Notes: generated from the letters alone by a model not told the origin. 63,766 nucleotides of DNA, filler included, from Chiloscyllium plagiosum (GCF_004010195.1; 6 parts of one record of this genome joined end to end with filler, not necessarily neighbours in it), one strand, 5' to 3'. Positions 50,640 to 63,766 are shown, numbered from the whole stretch's first letter. Numbers and translations: made by a program.

Positions 50640-52022
50640 TGAGGGGTAGTATAAACTGATTGAAGTACAAACATAAGGATAGATAAATCCCCTGGGTCAG
50701 ATGGGATATACTCTAAGTTAAAACCAGGAAACGATGGAAGAGATTGCCGTGCCTTTGTTGATAATATTTGCATCCTCGCTGTCCACCGGAGTAGTGCCAG
50801 ATGATAGAAAGTGGCAAATGTTATTCTCTTGTTCAGGGAAGGGAATAGGAATAACCCTGGGAATGATAGAACAGTCAGTCTTGTATCAGTGGTGGGCTAA
50901 GTATTGGAGACAATTCTGAGCGACAGGATTTACAATTACTTAGAAAATGATAGCTTGATTAGAGATTTGCCGCATGGTGTATTTGAGGAGCAGGTCATGC
51001 CTCACAAATCTTTTTGAATTCTTTGAAGGTGTGAAAAAAAACACGTTGATGAGGGTAGACCAGTTGATGTGGTGAACAAGAATGTCAGAAAGACATTTGA
51101 TAAGATTCCCCATTGTAGGCTCAATCAGAAGGTAAAGAGTCATGGGAAGGAGGGAAATGTGGCTGTCTGGATACAGGCGTGGCTGGCCCATAGAAGGCAG
51201 AGGATGGTAGCAGATGGAAAGAATTCAGCCTGGAGCTCAGTGACCAATGGTGTTCCACAAGGATCGGCTCTGGGACCTGTGCTCTTTGTGATTTTTATAA
51301 ATGACTTTGCTGAGGAAGTGGAATAGTGGGTTAGTAAGTTTGCCGATGACATGAAGGTTGATGGAGTTGTGAATAGTGTGGAGGGCTGCTGTATGTTGCA
51401 ACAGGATTTTGTCAGGATGCAGAGCAGGGCTGATAATTGGCAAATAGAGTTCAAACTTAAAAAGTGTGAAGTGATTTATTTTGGAAGGCTGCATTTGCGT
51501 ACAGAATATATGGGCAAAGGCAGAATTCTTGGCAATGTGGAGGAACAGAGGTATCTTGGGGTCCATGTCAATAGATCTCACAAAGTTGCCACCCAAGTTG
51601 ATTGGGTTGTTAAGAAGGTGATGATCTGTTGGCTTGCATTATCAGGGGGATTGAGTTTAAGAGCGGCGAGGTTAATGCTTAGCTCTATAAAGCTTTGGTT
51701 CAACCACATTTGGAATATTGTGTTCAGTTCTGGTTGCTTCATTATAGGAAACATGTGGAAGCCTCAGAGAGTGTGCAGAGGAGATTTACCAGGATGCTGC
51801 CAGGACTGGAGGACATGTCTTAGGAAGAAAGGTTGAGGGAGCTAGGACTTTTCTCCCTGGAGCGAAGAAGAATGACACCTGATTTGATAGAGGTGTACAA
51901 GATGTTGAGACACAAAGATTGGATAGCCAGAGACTTTTCAACAAGAGGCGTAATTTTAAGGTGATTGGAGGAAGGTTTCGGGGGGATGTCAGAGGTATGT
52001 ACTTTACACGGAGACTGGTGGG
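50640..52022 (+). mobile_element. CR1 LINE RT region (frameshifted)
   Basis: 'FDKIPH', '[22 protein letters not shown]', FADD codons at ~51339, 'WQIEFKLKKCEVIYFGR'. Confidence 0.9.
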
Positions 52023-52493
52023 GACACTCTCACTGAGAACAGTGAGAGTCTGTTAGCTATTTTCCTCATGCCCATTTGGAATCCAAATGGTTTACTTTGA
52101 AGGAAAGTTTGAATGATTGCCCTGACGCATGTTGGAAATTATCTGGATAGATTCAGGAGCAGGTCCCTGTCTCACTGAGTGCTGCAGGTAGCTATGAGGT
52201 CCAGTAGCACTGTGCCTGAATTGAAACCTTTTGGAATCCATTTTTAATGTTGGTCATGATTGTGACGTAGTGGATTTACAGACCTGAACAATAATCAGGT
52301 GTTTGCCATGTTTGTGAATTGGGCAATGATGAAATATTAACTACAATTATTCAACTGATCAATAATTGCATTATCTCTGAAAACAATTAAGCTGATTCTA
52401 TATTGATGGAACTAAAATATAAACACCTAACAACATTTTATTATACAAAAATAAAGAGTGCACATTTTGTTTTGTATAGCAGAAGAACATTGT

Positions 52494-52815
52494 GGGCGGC
52501 ACGGCGGCACGGTGGCACAGTGGTTAGCACTGCTGTCTCACAGCGCCAGAGACCTGGGTGGAATTCCCGCCTCAGGTGAATCTGCTTGTTGAGTTTGCAC
52601 ATTCTCGCCGTGTCTGGGTGGGATTCCTCCGGGTGCACTGGTTTCCTCCCACAATCCAAAAATATGCAGGATGCAATGTGCAAAATGCTAAATTGCCCGT
52701 AGTGTTAGATGAAGGGGTAAATGTAGGAGAATGGGGTTCGGCGGGTTGGTGTGGACTTGTTGGGCCAAAGGGCCTGTTTCCATACTGTAAGTAATCTAAT
52801 CTAAATCTAATCTAA
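52494..52815 (+). mobile_element. HE1-type SINE, near full length
   Basis: GGGCGGCACGG...GGTGGCACAGTGGTTAGC head; LINE-like 3' end GGGCCAAAGGGCCTGTTTCCATACTGTAAG and (AATCT)n tail. Confidence 0.9.
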
Positions 52816-54772
52816 GCATGTTCTCTGACTAGATCGAGTGAATCCTTAGAAGAGTATAAAGGCAGTATGAGTATACTTAAGAGGGAAATCAGGAGGGCAA
52901 AAAGGGGACATGAGATAACATTGGCAAATAGAACTAAGGAGAATCCAAAAGGATTTTACAAAGACATTAACGAAAATAGAGTAAATAGGGAGAGAATAGG
53001 GTCCCCTCAAAGATCAGCTAGGAGGCCTTTGTGTGCAGCCGCAGGTGATAGGAGACATAATAAATGTGCATTTTGCATCAATGTTTACTGTGGAAAATGA
53101 CATGGAGGATATAGAATGTAGTGAAATAAATTGTGACATCTTCGAAATGTTTATATCACAGAGGAGGATGTGCTGGATGTCTTGAAATGCATAAAATTGG
53201 TTAAATCCCCAGGACCTGATCGGCTATACACGAGAACTCTGTGGGAAGCCAGGGAAATGATTGCTGTGCCTGCTACTGCGATATTTGTATCATCGATAGT
53301 CACAGGTGAGGTGCCAGAGGACTGGAGGTTGGCGAATGTGGTGCCACTGTTTAAGAAGGGCGGTAAGGACAAGCCAGGGAACTAAATGCCAGTGAGCCTG
53401 ACATCGGTGGTGGGCAAGTTCTTGGAGGGAACCCTGAGGGATAGGATGTACATGTATTTGGAAAGGCAAAGAGTGATTAGGGATAGTCAACATTGCTTTG
53501 TGAGTGGAAAATCATGTCTCACAAACTTGATTGAGATTTTTGCAGAAGTAACAAAGTGGATTGATGAAGGCAGAGCGGTGGACGTGATTTACTTCAACTT
53601 CAGTCAGACGATCGACAAGGTTCCCCATGGGAGACTGGTTAGCCAGCGAAGATGTCATGGAATACAGGGAAAACTAGCCATTTGGATAAAGAACTGACCA
53701 AAAGGTAGAAGACAGAGGGTTGTAGTGGAGGGTTGTTGTTCAGACTGGAGGCCTGTGACCAGTGGAGTGCCATAAGGATCAGTGCTGAATCCACTACTTA
53801 TCGAAATTTATATAAATGATTTGAATGGGAGCATAAAGAGGTACAGTCAGTAAGTTTACAGAGGACACCAAAATTGGAGGTGTAGTGGACAGCGAAGAAG
53901 GTTACCTTGAATTGCAACAGCATCTTGATCAGATGGGCCAATGGGCTTAGGAGTGGCAGATGGAGTTTAATTTACATAAATGCGAGGTGCTGCATTTTGG
54001 GAAAGCAAGTCTGAGCAGGAGTTATACTCTTAATGGCGAGATCTTAGGGAGTGCTGCTGAACAAAGAGACCTTGGAGTACAGTTTCATTGTTCCTTGAAA
54101 GTAGAGTCGGAGATAGATAAGTTAGTGAAGTAGACGATTGGTGTTCTTTCCTTTATTGGTCAGAGTATTGAGTACAGGAGTTGGAACGTCATGTTGTGTG
54201 TCCACAGGAAGTTAGTTAGGCCACTTTTGGAATATTGCGTGCAATTCTGGTCTCCTTCCTATCAGAAGGAAGTTATGAAACTTGAAAGGGTTCAGAAAAG
54301 ATTTGCAAGGATGTTGCTCGTGTTGGAGAATTTGAGCTGTATGGAGAGCCTGAATCGGCTAGGGCTGTATTCAGTGGTACGTCGGAGGTTGAGGGGTGAC
54401 CTTATAGACGTTTATAAAATCATGAAGGGCATGGATAGGGTAAATGGACAAGATGTTCTCCCTGGTGTGGGGGCGTCCAGAAGTAGAGGGCATATGTTTA
54501 GGGTGAGAGGGTAATGATATAAAGGAGACCTCAGGGGCAGCTTTTTCATGCAGAGGGTGGTATGTGTATGGAATGAACTGCCAGAGCAAGTGGTGGAGGC
54601 TGGTACAATTGCAACATTTAAAAGGCATCTGGATGGATATATGATAGGAAGAATTTGGAGGGATATGGCCCGTGTCCGGGCAGGTGGGACTAATTTGAGT
54701 TGAGATATCTGGTCGGCATGGATGGGTTGGACCAAAGGGTCTGTTTCCATGTTGGACATCTCTATGACTCTA
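52816..54772 (+). mobile_element. CR1/HER1-type LINE, 5'-truncated, disrupted ORF2
   Basis: 'KSPGPD', 'VPEDWRLANVVPLFKKG', 'SCLTNLIE', 'LEYCVQFWSP', 3' tail TCTATGACTCTA. Confidence 0.93.
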
Positions 54773-55812
54773 ATTTAGAAATGACAATAATTGAACATGC
54801 ACTGTCAAATAAATAAATGTTTTATGTTATTAAATTATAGCATACAGTAAGTTGAAAATTTGCAATTTTTTAGAATGAATAATAAAGAACGAAAAACAAA
54901 GAAAATTCCAGTACAGGAGCAGGCCCTTCAGGCCTCCAAGTCTGCACGGATCCAGATCCTCTGTCTAAACCTGCTGCCTATTTTCTAATGATCTGTATCC
55001 CTCTGCTTCCTGGCCATTCATGTATCTGTCTAGTTATATGTTAAATGGTGCTCCCACCAAATACTCCAAATGTGCTCTGACCAGAGCCTTGTAAAGACTC
55101 AGAAATCTATCCCTGCTTTAATATTCAAGTCCTCTCAAAATAAATGTCATAATTGTATTTGTCTTTCTGACCGGATAAGCTACCTGAATCAATGAACGTA
55201 TGATGAACATTAATAAACTTATCATGGAGTTACAAAAATGAACAGTGATTAAAGCTTGCTGGGAAATGGATCCCAGCCTTGTCTAAAGTATCTGTGCTAA
55301 TCCACATGCTGCNNNNNNNNNNNNNNNNNNNNNNNNNNNNNNNNNNNNNNNNNNNNNNNNNNNNNNNNNNNNNNNNNNNNNNNNNNNNNNNNNNNNNNNN
55401 NNNNNNNNNNNNNNNNNNNNNNNNNNNNNNNNNNNNNNNNNNNNNNNNNNNNNNNNNNNNNNNNNNNNNNNNNNNNNNNNNNNNNNNNNNNNNNNNNNNN
55501 NNNNNNNNNNNNNNNNNNNNNNNNNNNNNNNNNNNNNNNNNNNNNNNNNNNNNNNNNNNNNNNNNNNNNNNNNNNNNNNNNNNNNNNNNNNNNNNNNNNN
55601 NNNNNNNNNNNNNNNNNNNNNNNNNNNNNNNNNNNNNNNNNNNNNNNNNNNNNNNNNNNNNNNNNNNNNNNNNNNNNNNNNNNNNNNNNNNNNNNNNNNN
55701 NNNNNNNNNNNNNNNNNNNNNNNNNNNNNNNNNNNNNNNNNNNNNNNNNNNNNNNNNNNNNNNNNNNNNNNNNNNNNNNNNNNNNNNNNNNNNNNNNNNN
55801 NNNNNNNNNNNN

Positions 55813-58800
55813 TAATCGCAGCCCAGCAACCTTGTGTGTGACTTGAGCTGGAAATCTCTGTGTAAATGTTTGCAGTATTGTTCTAACCGTTACCAGCCAT
55901 TAAGTACTGTCTCTTTACTGAATGTCCGATATCCTTTCGTAATACCAACTTTTAGATTGTCCAATAAGCACAAAACCCACCCATTTATTCAGTACACTGT
56001 TATAACAACAATGTGATGAAATCTCACAGTAAGTAGCATTGAAATGATGAGTCTCATTGCCACACCCAAGACCAAATTATTATTAAGTATACAAGGAATT
56101 TGAAAATATACTATTATTTTCCCTTGTATTAATATTGTTAACTAACAGTCGATTCTCCTGCTCCTCAGATGCTACCTGAACGTCTGAGTTTTTTTCAGAA
56201 CCACACTTTTTGACTCTGATCTCCAGCATCTGCCGTCCTCGCTTTCTCCCTGCTAATATTCACTCATAATCATTTTCGTGGCATCAATGTCACCGTGTGT
56301 TTAAACATGCCCCAGTCAGATATGAGTACGTTTTCAGTTGCTTCAATCTATCTCAGAGCTCAGTAATGTGGGATGAGAATGCCAGTGTCTGTGATGCTCG
56401 GTATGCAGGCCATACCTCTGAGAGACTGACAAATTGTTTCAAACAGCATATCCCTTCAGCTGTTCACAACAAGCAAGGTATTGCCTGGACCAACCAGCCT
56501 AAGCTCACAAAACTCAAAACAGGGTCCAGCATTGAACAGGTCTAGACAATATTTTTCATGTTAATTTATTCATGAAATTTGATTGGGACAGCATTTATTG
56601 ATAAATAGTGAACTTGAAAGAGTGACACTGAAGGAACGGCAATATACTTTCCAATCCGGACGGTAGATGGCTTGGAACAGAACGCGAACATGGTGGGCGT
56701 CCCGTGTATCTGCTTCCCTCGTCCTTCTTAATTGTCGGGGTTTCATAGGTACGTTGTAAGGAGCCTTGGTAAATTTCTGCAGAGCACCGAGTAGAAGGCA
56801 GGTATTGCTGCTACTGAGGTTCAGTGGATGAGGGGTGAAGCTGCACTCACACAGGCAAATGGAAGTATTTAATCACACATATATTCAACATGTGTCTTAG
56901 CAATAGGGGACAGGTTTTCGGAAATTTTGATGTGAGTTATTCCTGCAGACTTTCTAGCCCCTTACATTTTCTTGTAGCCAATAAATTTATATGCGTCAAA
57001 AAGTGGCGTTGGAAAAGCAAACCAGGTCAGGCAGCATCTGAGGTACAGGAGAAGGCAATGTTTTAGCATAAGCCCTTCACAGGAATGAGTAATGAAATCA
57101 TATGGTCATTCCAGTTCAGGTTAACAGTAATCCCCGCGATCTTGCTTGGTGTGTGTTCAGTTATGGTGGTGGCATTGAACGTTAGAGGATGTGATTCAAT
57201 TTTCCATTGTTAGAAGTAATCGTTGTCTGGCACATGTATAATGGAAATGGTATTGTCACTGTGAAGCACACACTTACATATTTCCAGGTCCTGGTACATT
57301 TGGACAAGGACTGCTTCAGTATCTGAGTAAATCACGAATGGTGTTGAACACTGTCCTGTCATTGGCAAACATTCCCAGTTGTGATTTTACAGTCATTTAT
57401 GAAGCAGCTGAAAATTATTGGGCCTAGGGCAGAGTGCACTCTTACAGCTCACTAATGCTGCCCCTCTCTCTGAGTTAGGAAGCTTGCTTTTAGTTCCACC
57501 TGCTCCAGAGGTGTCAAAGAACATATCTGAATGGAATAATATCATAATATCTACCACAAGGAGCTGAGTGAGGACTTGGTTACCTCAATCAGTTGGGCGG
57601 CTAATTTGTAATGCAGATTAATGCTAACAGTGTGGTTTCAATTCTTCACTGACTGAGGTGACTGAAAAGTGCTGTCCTATTCAACCTCTCCCTTGCTTGA
57701 GCCATGATGACTGTCCACTTAAACTGCCACCAGTCGTCTCTGTCTAACGAGAGAGCAGCCCTATCATCCTGTAGGAGTATGGTACCTTACCTTTCCATTT
57801 CTGATCTACAGGCTAACCAGAAACCACTTCCATGGGGGAACTGCTGCAGAGCTGTCCTGGATCTGAGATGGCTGCTCCCCACGAACCCCAGCCACCTTCC
57901 TTTGTGCCAGGTATAACTTCAACTAGTGTAAACAATTCTTATTTGCTACAGTTTTGCCGTTAATCCTGGATACGACACTTGGTCAAATGCAGTTATGATG
58001 ATGTTAAGTCCAGTAACTGTCACCTCACCTCTAGAATTCAGCTGCGTGGTCTCTTGTTGTACATCCTTAAACCAAGGCTTCAATGAGCCCAAGGGATGAG
58101 AGCCCAAACTGAGCTTCAGTGAGCAGGTTGGTGCTGAGGAAGTGCTGCTTGATCCCACTGTGGGTGACATCTTCCATCCAGGCAAAAGTAGACATTGGGC
58201 CACTTCAAACTGATGCAGGAAGCCTAGTGATGGGAGATAAGGAAATAGGAGGAGAACTTAACAAGTACTTTGCGTCAGTTTTCACAGTGGAAGACATGAG
58301 TAATATCCCAGAAATTAAAGGGTGTCACGGGGCTGAGTTGAGTATGGTTGCCATTACGAAAGAGATAGTGCTAGAAAAGTTAAAAAGTCTTAATTGATAA
58401 ATCTCCTGGCCCCGATGGGATACACCCTAGAGTTCTGAGAGAGGTGGCTGAGGAAATAGCAGAGGCATTGGTTGAGATCTTTCAAGAGTTACTGGAGTCA
58501 GGAAAGGTCCTGGATGATTGGAACATGGCTGTTGTAACCTACGTGTTCAAGAAAGGATCAAGGCAAAAGATGGAAAATTATAGGCCAATCAGCTTAACCT
58601 CGGTTGTTGGTAAAATTCTAGAATCCATCATTAAGGATGAGGTTTCTAAATTCTTGGAAGAGCAGAGTCTGATTAGAACAAGTCAACATGGATTTAGTAA
58701 AGGGAGGTCATGCCTGACAAACCTGTTGGAATTTTTTGAAGAGGTAACAAGTAGGTTAGACCAGGGAAACCCAGTGGATGTGGTCTATGTAGACTTTCAA

Positions 58801-61625
58801 AAGGCCTTTGATAAGGTGCCACACGGGAGGCTGCTGAGCAAGGTGAGGGCCCATGGTGTTCGAGGTGAGCTGCTGGGATGGATTGAGATTGGCTGTCCAA
58901 CAGAAGGCAGAGAGTTGGGATCAAAGGTTCTTTTTCAGAATGGCAGCCGGTGACGAGCAGTGTCCCGCAGGGTTCGGTGCTGGGGCCACAGCTGTTCGCA
59001 TTATATATTAACGATTTGGATGAGGGAACCGGGGGCATTCTAGCGAAGTTTGCCGATGATACAAAGTTAGGTGGACAGGCAGGTAGTACTGAGGAAGTGG
59101 GGAGGCTGCAGAAGGATCTTGACAGGTTGGGAGAGTGGTCCAGGAAATGGCTGATGGAATTTAACGTGAGCAAGTGCGAGGTCTTGCACTTTGGCAAAAA
59201 GAATAAAAGCATACACTACTTTCTAAATGGTGAGAAAATTAATAAAGCCAAAGCACAAAGGGATCTGGGAGTGCTAGTCGAGGATTCTCTAAAGGTAAAC
59301 ATGCAGGTTGAGTCCGTGATTAAGAAAGCGAATGCAATGTTGTCTCTTATCTCAAGAGGGTTGGAATATAAAAGCAGAGATGTACTACTAAGACTTAATA
59401 AAGCTCTGGTTAGGCCCCATTTCGAGTACTGTGTCCAGTTTTGGTGCCCACACCTCAGGAAGGACATACTGGCACTGGAACGGTGATTAAGAAAGCGAAT
59501 GCAATGTTGTCTCTTATCTCAAGAGGGTTGGAATAGAAAAGCAGAGATGTACTAAAAAGACTTTATAAAGCTCTGGTTAGGCCCCATTTGGAGTACTGTG
59601 TCCAGTTTTGGTCCCCACACCTCAGGAAGGACATACTGGCACTGGAACGTGTCCAGCGGAGATTCACACGGATGATCCCTGGAATGACAGGTCTAACATA
59701 TGAGGAACGGCTGAGGATACTGGGATTGTATTCGTTGGAGTTTAGAAGATTAAGGGGAGACTTAATAGAGACGTACAAAATAATACATGGCTTGGAAAAG
59801 GTGGATGCTAGGAAATTGTTTCCGTTAGACGAGGAGACTAGGACCGGTGGACACAGCCTTAGAATTAGAGGGGGTCATTTCAGAACAGAAATGCGGAGAC
59901 ATTTCTTCAGCCAAAGAGTGGTGGGCCTGTGGAATTCATTGCCACGGAGTGCAGTGGAAGCCGGGACGTCAAATGTCTTCAAGGCCGAGATTGATAGATT
60001 CTTGTTGTCTAGAGGAATTAAGGGCTACGGGGAGAACGCTGGGAAGTGGAGCTGAAATGCGCATCAGCCATGATTGAATGGCGGAGTGGACTCGATGGGC
60101 CGAATAGCCTTACTTCCACTCCTATGTCTTATGGTCTTATGGTCTTTTTAATGATAGAGATGAGAGCAATGGGACAGTCATTGATTGTCTGATGGTTTGT
60201 CTGTGTGTGTGGAGGACACACCTGGATAGTTTCCCACATTGACAGGTCGATGCCAGTGCTGTATCCCAGCAGGAACAGCTTGAATGGAATGTTATCAGTT
60301 TCTCCAGCCTTTGCATTCCCCATCCCTCCAGCCGTTTGCAATTTCCACTCACAGTGAATCGAATTACCTGAAGACTGCCGTCTGGAGGAGACTAACATAG
60401 ATCATCCCATCGATACTTCTGTCTGAACATTGTTGTGGTCGTTTCAGCCTTCGCTTTTCTATTGTTGTGTTGGGCTCTTCCATCATTGAGGAAGGTGATA
60501 TGTGGGGATTCTCCTCCTCCAGTGAGTTGTTTGATTGACACCACCATTCAACCTGGCTGCATGTGACAGGATTGTGGAGATTAGGTCTGATTTGTTGGTT
60601 AGATCTGTCTGTCACGAGCTGTTTATGCTATTTATAAGTAAGTGGTCCTGTTTTGTAACGTCAACTAATTTTGAGGTGTAACTGGGCTGCTCTTAGCCAG
60701 CCCTCCTGTATTCTCAATTGAACAAGGGTTTATCCCCTGGCCTGATGATCAGGGTAAAGTGGACCATATGCCAGGCAGTGACAGTGTATATTGTGCTGGA
60801 GTACTATTCTTCTGCTGTTGGTAATGACCCAAATCACCTCATACAGGCCAGTGCTGAGTTCTAAATCTCTTCGAAATCTGTCCCGTTTAGCATGGTGATA
60901 GCATCTCTCACATGTGCGCTCACGTGTGTACACACACACAATATTCACGATGAGTCTTTGTCTCCAGAAGTACTGTGTGCGGTCGTCACTGTTCCCAATC
61001 CGGTCATCGATCAATGTCTCCACAGCCGTGTTGAAGATGAGGTCAAGTATGTTTCTCCCTGTCAGTCGTTCCCTCCGCACCCGGTGCAGACCCAGTCTTG
61101 TGGTTATGTTCTTTTGGACACGACCATCTCGATCAGGAATGCTGCTGCTGAGCACCTCTTGGTGGTGATTTTGGAATAGCCCACCCAGTGTACATTCTCC
61201 AGCTCATTCACTCTATCATTGCGTTCTCCAAGTGTTAAATGTAGAGGGACACTGATCCATGAGCTGAGGGAAGAGAGTCAGCAGGAGGTTTCCGTGTCTG
61301 TGTTTGATCTGACACGTGAGGCTTCGTTATGTCACATTGTTGCTTGAGGAGTCTGTAGGACGCCTCTCCCACATTTAGCCCTAGCCCAAAGACGTTAGGA
61401 AGGAGGGGTTTCCAGTGTCTGCAGGGCTTTTACTTTTCTGTCACTATCAATCGAAGGACCTCTTCTGTGCTGTATGACACTCACTCTATAACTCTTGTGA
61501 TTGGACAGTCCAAGGTCTCACTCCTTCAGTTTCTCTAAGTGCCTTGTCAATTCCACAGATTTCTACAATATTTTCACTATTAAGACATTGCACAATTCCA
61601 TTTTTAAACTATCTACCTATATCTC
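55813..61625. repeat. Segmental duplication copy B (carries CR1 insertion)
   Basis: Colinear with 45311-49041 apart from insert 58180-60143; also contains ~57040-57175, which corresponds to a 4-N gap in copy A. Confidence 0.95.
58180..60143 (+). mobile_element. Young 5'-truncated CR1 LINE, RT domain with few disruptions, internal 167-bp tandem duplication (59316-59649)
   Basis: ORFs 58444-58953, 58950-59486, 59588-60055: NYRPISLTSVVGKILE, QHGF, DFQKAFDKVPH, VPQGSVLGP, KFADD; (TCTTATGG)n tail; absent from paralogous site at 47546/47547. Confidence 0.96.
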
Positions 61626-61801
61626 CATATTCAAACTTTGTGCGAAGATTTGTAGCTCGGGTGCTCGTTGTCGTGGTTCTGTTCGCCGAGCTGGAAGTTT
61701 TTGTTACAAACGTTTCGTCCCCTGGCTAGGCGACATCATCAGTGCTTGGGAGCCTCCTGCGAAGCGCTTCTTTGATGTTTCCTCCGGTGTTTATAGTGGT
61801 C
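61626..61801 (-). mobile_element. Penelope-like element terminus with hammerhead motif (61706-61745)
   Basis: Minus strand GCA-CTGATGA-T-GTCGCCT-AGCC-AGGGGAC-GAAA-CG-TT-TGT; begins exactly where duplication homology stops. Confidence 0.65.
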
Positions 61802-62099
61802 NNNNNNNNNNNNNNNNNNNNNNNNNNNNNNNNNNNNNNNNNNNNTTAATTAATTAANNNNNNNNNNNNNNNNNNNNNNNNNNNNNNNNNNNNNNNNNNN
61901 NGAAATGATTGCTGTCTTCGTTGACCTAAGAAGTTGATGTCGATGGCTCACCTTGTAATGGGAACTATCCATAAGAGAACTTTTCAAGAGGAACACAGTT
62001 CTGTCATCTGAGCAGGGGATCATTGCACAAGCAGAGTAACAGGTTTCTACCAGGTCATGCGCAGTTATTCTTCTTCGAATATTCACAGTATCCGACTCG

Positions 62100-62810
62100 A
62101 GAGCAAAACCAGATAGTGCTAGAAAAACTCAGCAGGTCTAGCAGCATCTGAAAAAAGAAATCAGAGTTAACATTTCGAGTCCAGTGACCATCCTCAGAAC
62201 TGACGATAGCTTAGGAAATGTTGGTTTGTCTGCAGAAGATATAGTGGGGTTTGGGCGAGAGTAAGGAAAAAATGAAAGGGATGGATAGAGTTCAAATAGA
62301 GAGAAGAACAGTTGGACAAAGGAATGGATGATGATCTCGCTGTCAGGGTGAATAACTGTTAATGGAGACTGTTAGTGGCGAACCATATGTAGTGTGTTAG
62401 GGCAGACTGTTTGATAGAGAGATAGGATTGGGAGAGTTCATGCCCTTAAAAAATGAAAATGATATGGGGTCTGGAAGGCTGCAGACACCCCAAACACAAA
62501 CTGATTTGGTATCCTTCCAGCATGCCCTGAGTTTCGCTGGAACTCTGCTTGAAGACAGAACTTGAATTGTCTGCAATGTGTTCACCGAATCCAAACTTCG
62601 TTTCCCAAGATAGTGGAAACCACATTGCCTTAGATTGGATTGCGTGAAGTGCAGTTCATGTGTTGCTTCACCTGGAAAGTGTGTTTGGCCATTGGAAACA
62701 GAGGAGAGAAGACGCCAATAGACAGGTGAGTAGAGACATGCAGCAAACGGAAATGTTATTAGAGAAATGATGAGGACAAGAAACCTAACAAAAAGGCACT
62801 CCACCTGAAT
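62100..62810 (-). mobile_element. Old Penelope-like element 3' end: GIY-YIG remnant plus terminal repeat with degenerate hammerhead (62165-62201)
   Basis: Frameshifted 'PKHTFQVKQHMNCTSRN...QCGFHYLG'; AGTT-CTGAGGA-TGGTC-ACTG-GACTC-GAAA-TG-TT-AACT. Confidence 0.6.
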
Positions 62811-63766
62811 GCTGGTCGCATTTGTAACATGGTTGAAGACTTAATGGCACAAATCAACACGAATGAAAATGATTTAATAGCCGTTAGAGAGATACGGTTA
62901 AGGGCTGGACACAATTGGGAGTTAAATGTCCAAGAGTACGAGATTATTTGGAAAGTTAGAGAGCAGTGTAAAAGAAGTTGGTGTCTCTCTGTTATGCAAG
63001 GCCGTCATCAGGGCAGTGTGGAGAGACAATATGTGCTCTATTGGGAATGTTTGAATTACTTTGCGTGGAACGTAGAAATTCTAAAAAGAAAAAGTCACTG
63101 ATAATTGCAGTCTATATAGGCCAGCAAATAATAACATCACACTGGTGAAGGCAATAAACAAACAAATAAGCAATGCCTGTCAAAATGGGTCAGGTATTAT
63201 CATTAGAGATTTTAATTTACATGTAGCTTGGTCGATGAGGAGGAGGTCGATGAATGTACCCATGATGGTTTGCAATGGAACCGACGAGGGAGAAAGCAAT
63301 CTTTGATCTGGTCCTGTGTAATGGAACAGGAATAATTAATGATCTCATAGATATTGATCTTCTTGGAACGAGAGATCACAATATGGCCGAACTTAGATTT
63401 CAGATGGGGAGTGTGAATATAAAATCCTGTGCATGTACACGGGTCACAACAATAGAATGAGAGCACACCTGTCTAATGTAGACTGGAAACAAAGGTTATT
63501 TGGTGGGACAGATATCGAGCAGCGGAGGACCTCCAAAAAAGATTGTTTTGTAGAAGTGCTCAGCAAAAGTATTTTCCAATGAAAAGGAAAGACTGCAGGA
63601 AAAGGGGCAATCTGCCTTGCGTGACTTCCGAAATAAGGGAGCTAACAAAGTCAAAGAGAAAGCATACCATGTCGCCGAGAACAGCTTGAAACTGGAAGAT
63701 TGGGGAAACTTTAAAGATAAACATGATGAAGTACAGAATACAAAGACGGATAGCAAAAGTTTCTAT
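62811..63766 (+). mobile_element. Old CR1 ORF2 endonuclease-region remnant
   Basis: 'DLIAVRE...WELNVQEY', 'EPTREKAIFDLVLCN', 'LGTRDHNM' (APE-type endonuclease SDH-like motif). Confidence 0.8.

Noticed and set aside
33223..55829. Long ORFs at ~33.2-33.9, 39.7-40.3 and 55.2-55.8 kb
   Set aside because: They are translations of N gaps.

Overview
Eukaryotic, repeat-dominated genomic DNA, most likely from a shark or other elasmobranch (HE1-type SINEs, HER1/CR1-type LINEs, Penelope-like elements). It comes from a draft scaffold with three 500-N gaps and five artificial N44-TTAATTAATTAA-N44 linkers. I find no intact protein-coding gene; most ORFs in the track are fragments or antisense shadows of retroelements. 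Non-TE signals are: a CpG/CCAAT promoter with three candidate small exons leading to a decayed C2H2 zinc-finger exon (~0.3-7.8 kb), a tRNA-Arg-like pseudogene carrying a CCA anticodon (13.2 kb), and a weak minus-strand spliced unit (~21.1-17.5 kb). The most interesting sequence-level system is a set of minimal hammerhead-ribozyme motifs in several Penelope-derived terminal-repeat families. One has a compensatory U3-A8 core, and two copies form ~200-bp fold-back mini-elements with 14-bp target-site duplications. Also present: a 135-bp higher-order satellite derived from a SINE head, a ~3.7-kb segmental duplication preserving empty and filled sites of a young CR1 insertion, and several near-identical tandem duplications that may be assembly artefacts. 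All family assignments are by-eye recognition; no searches were run.
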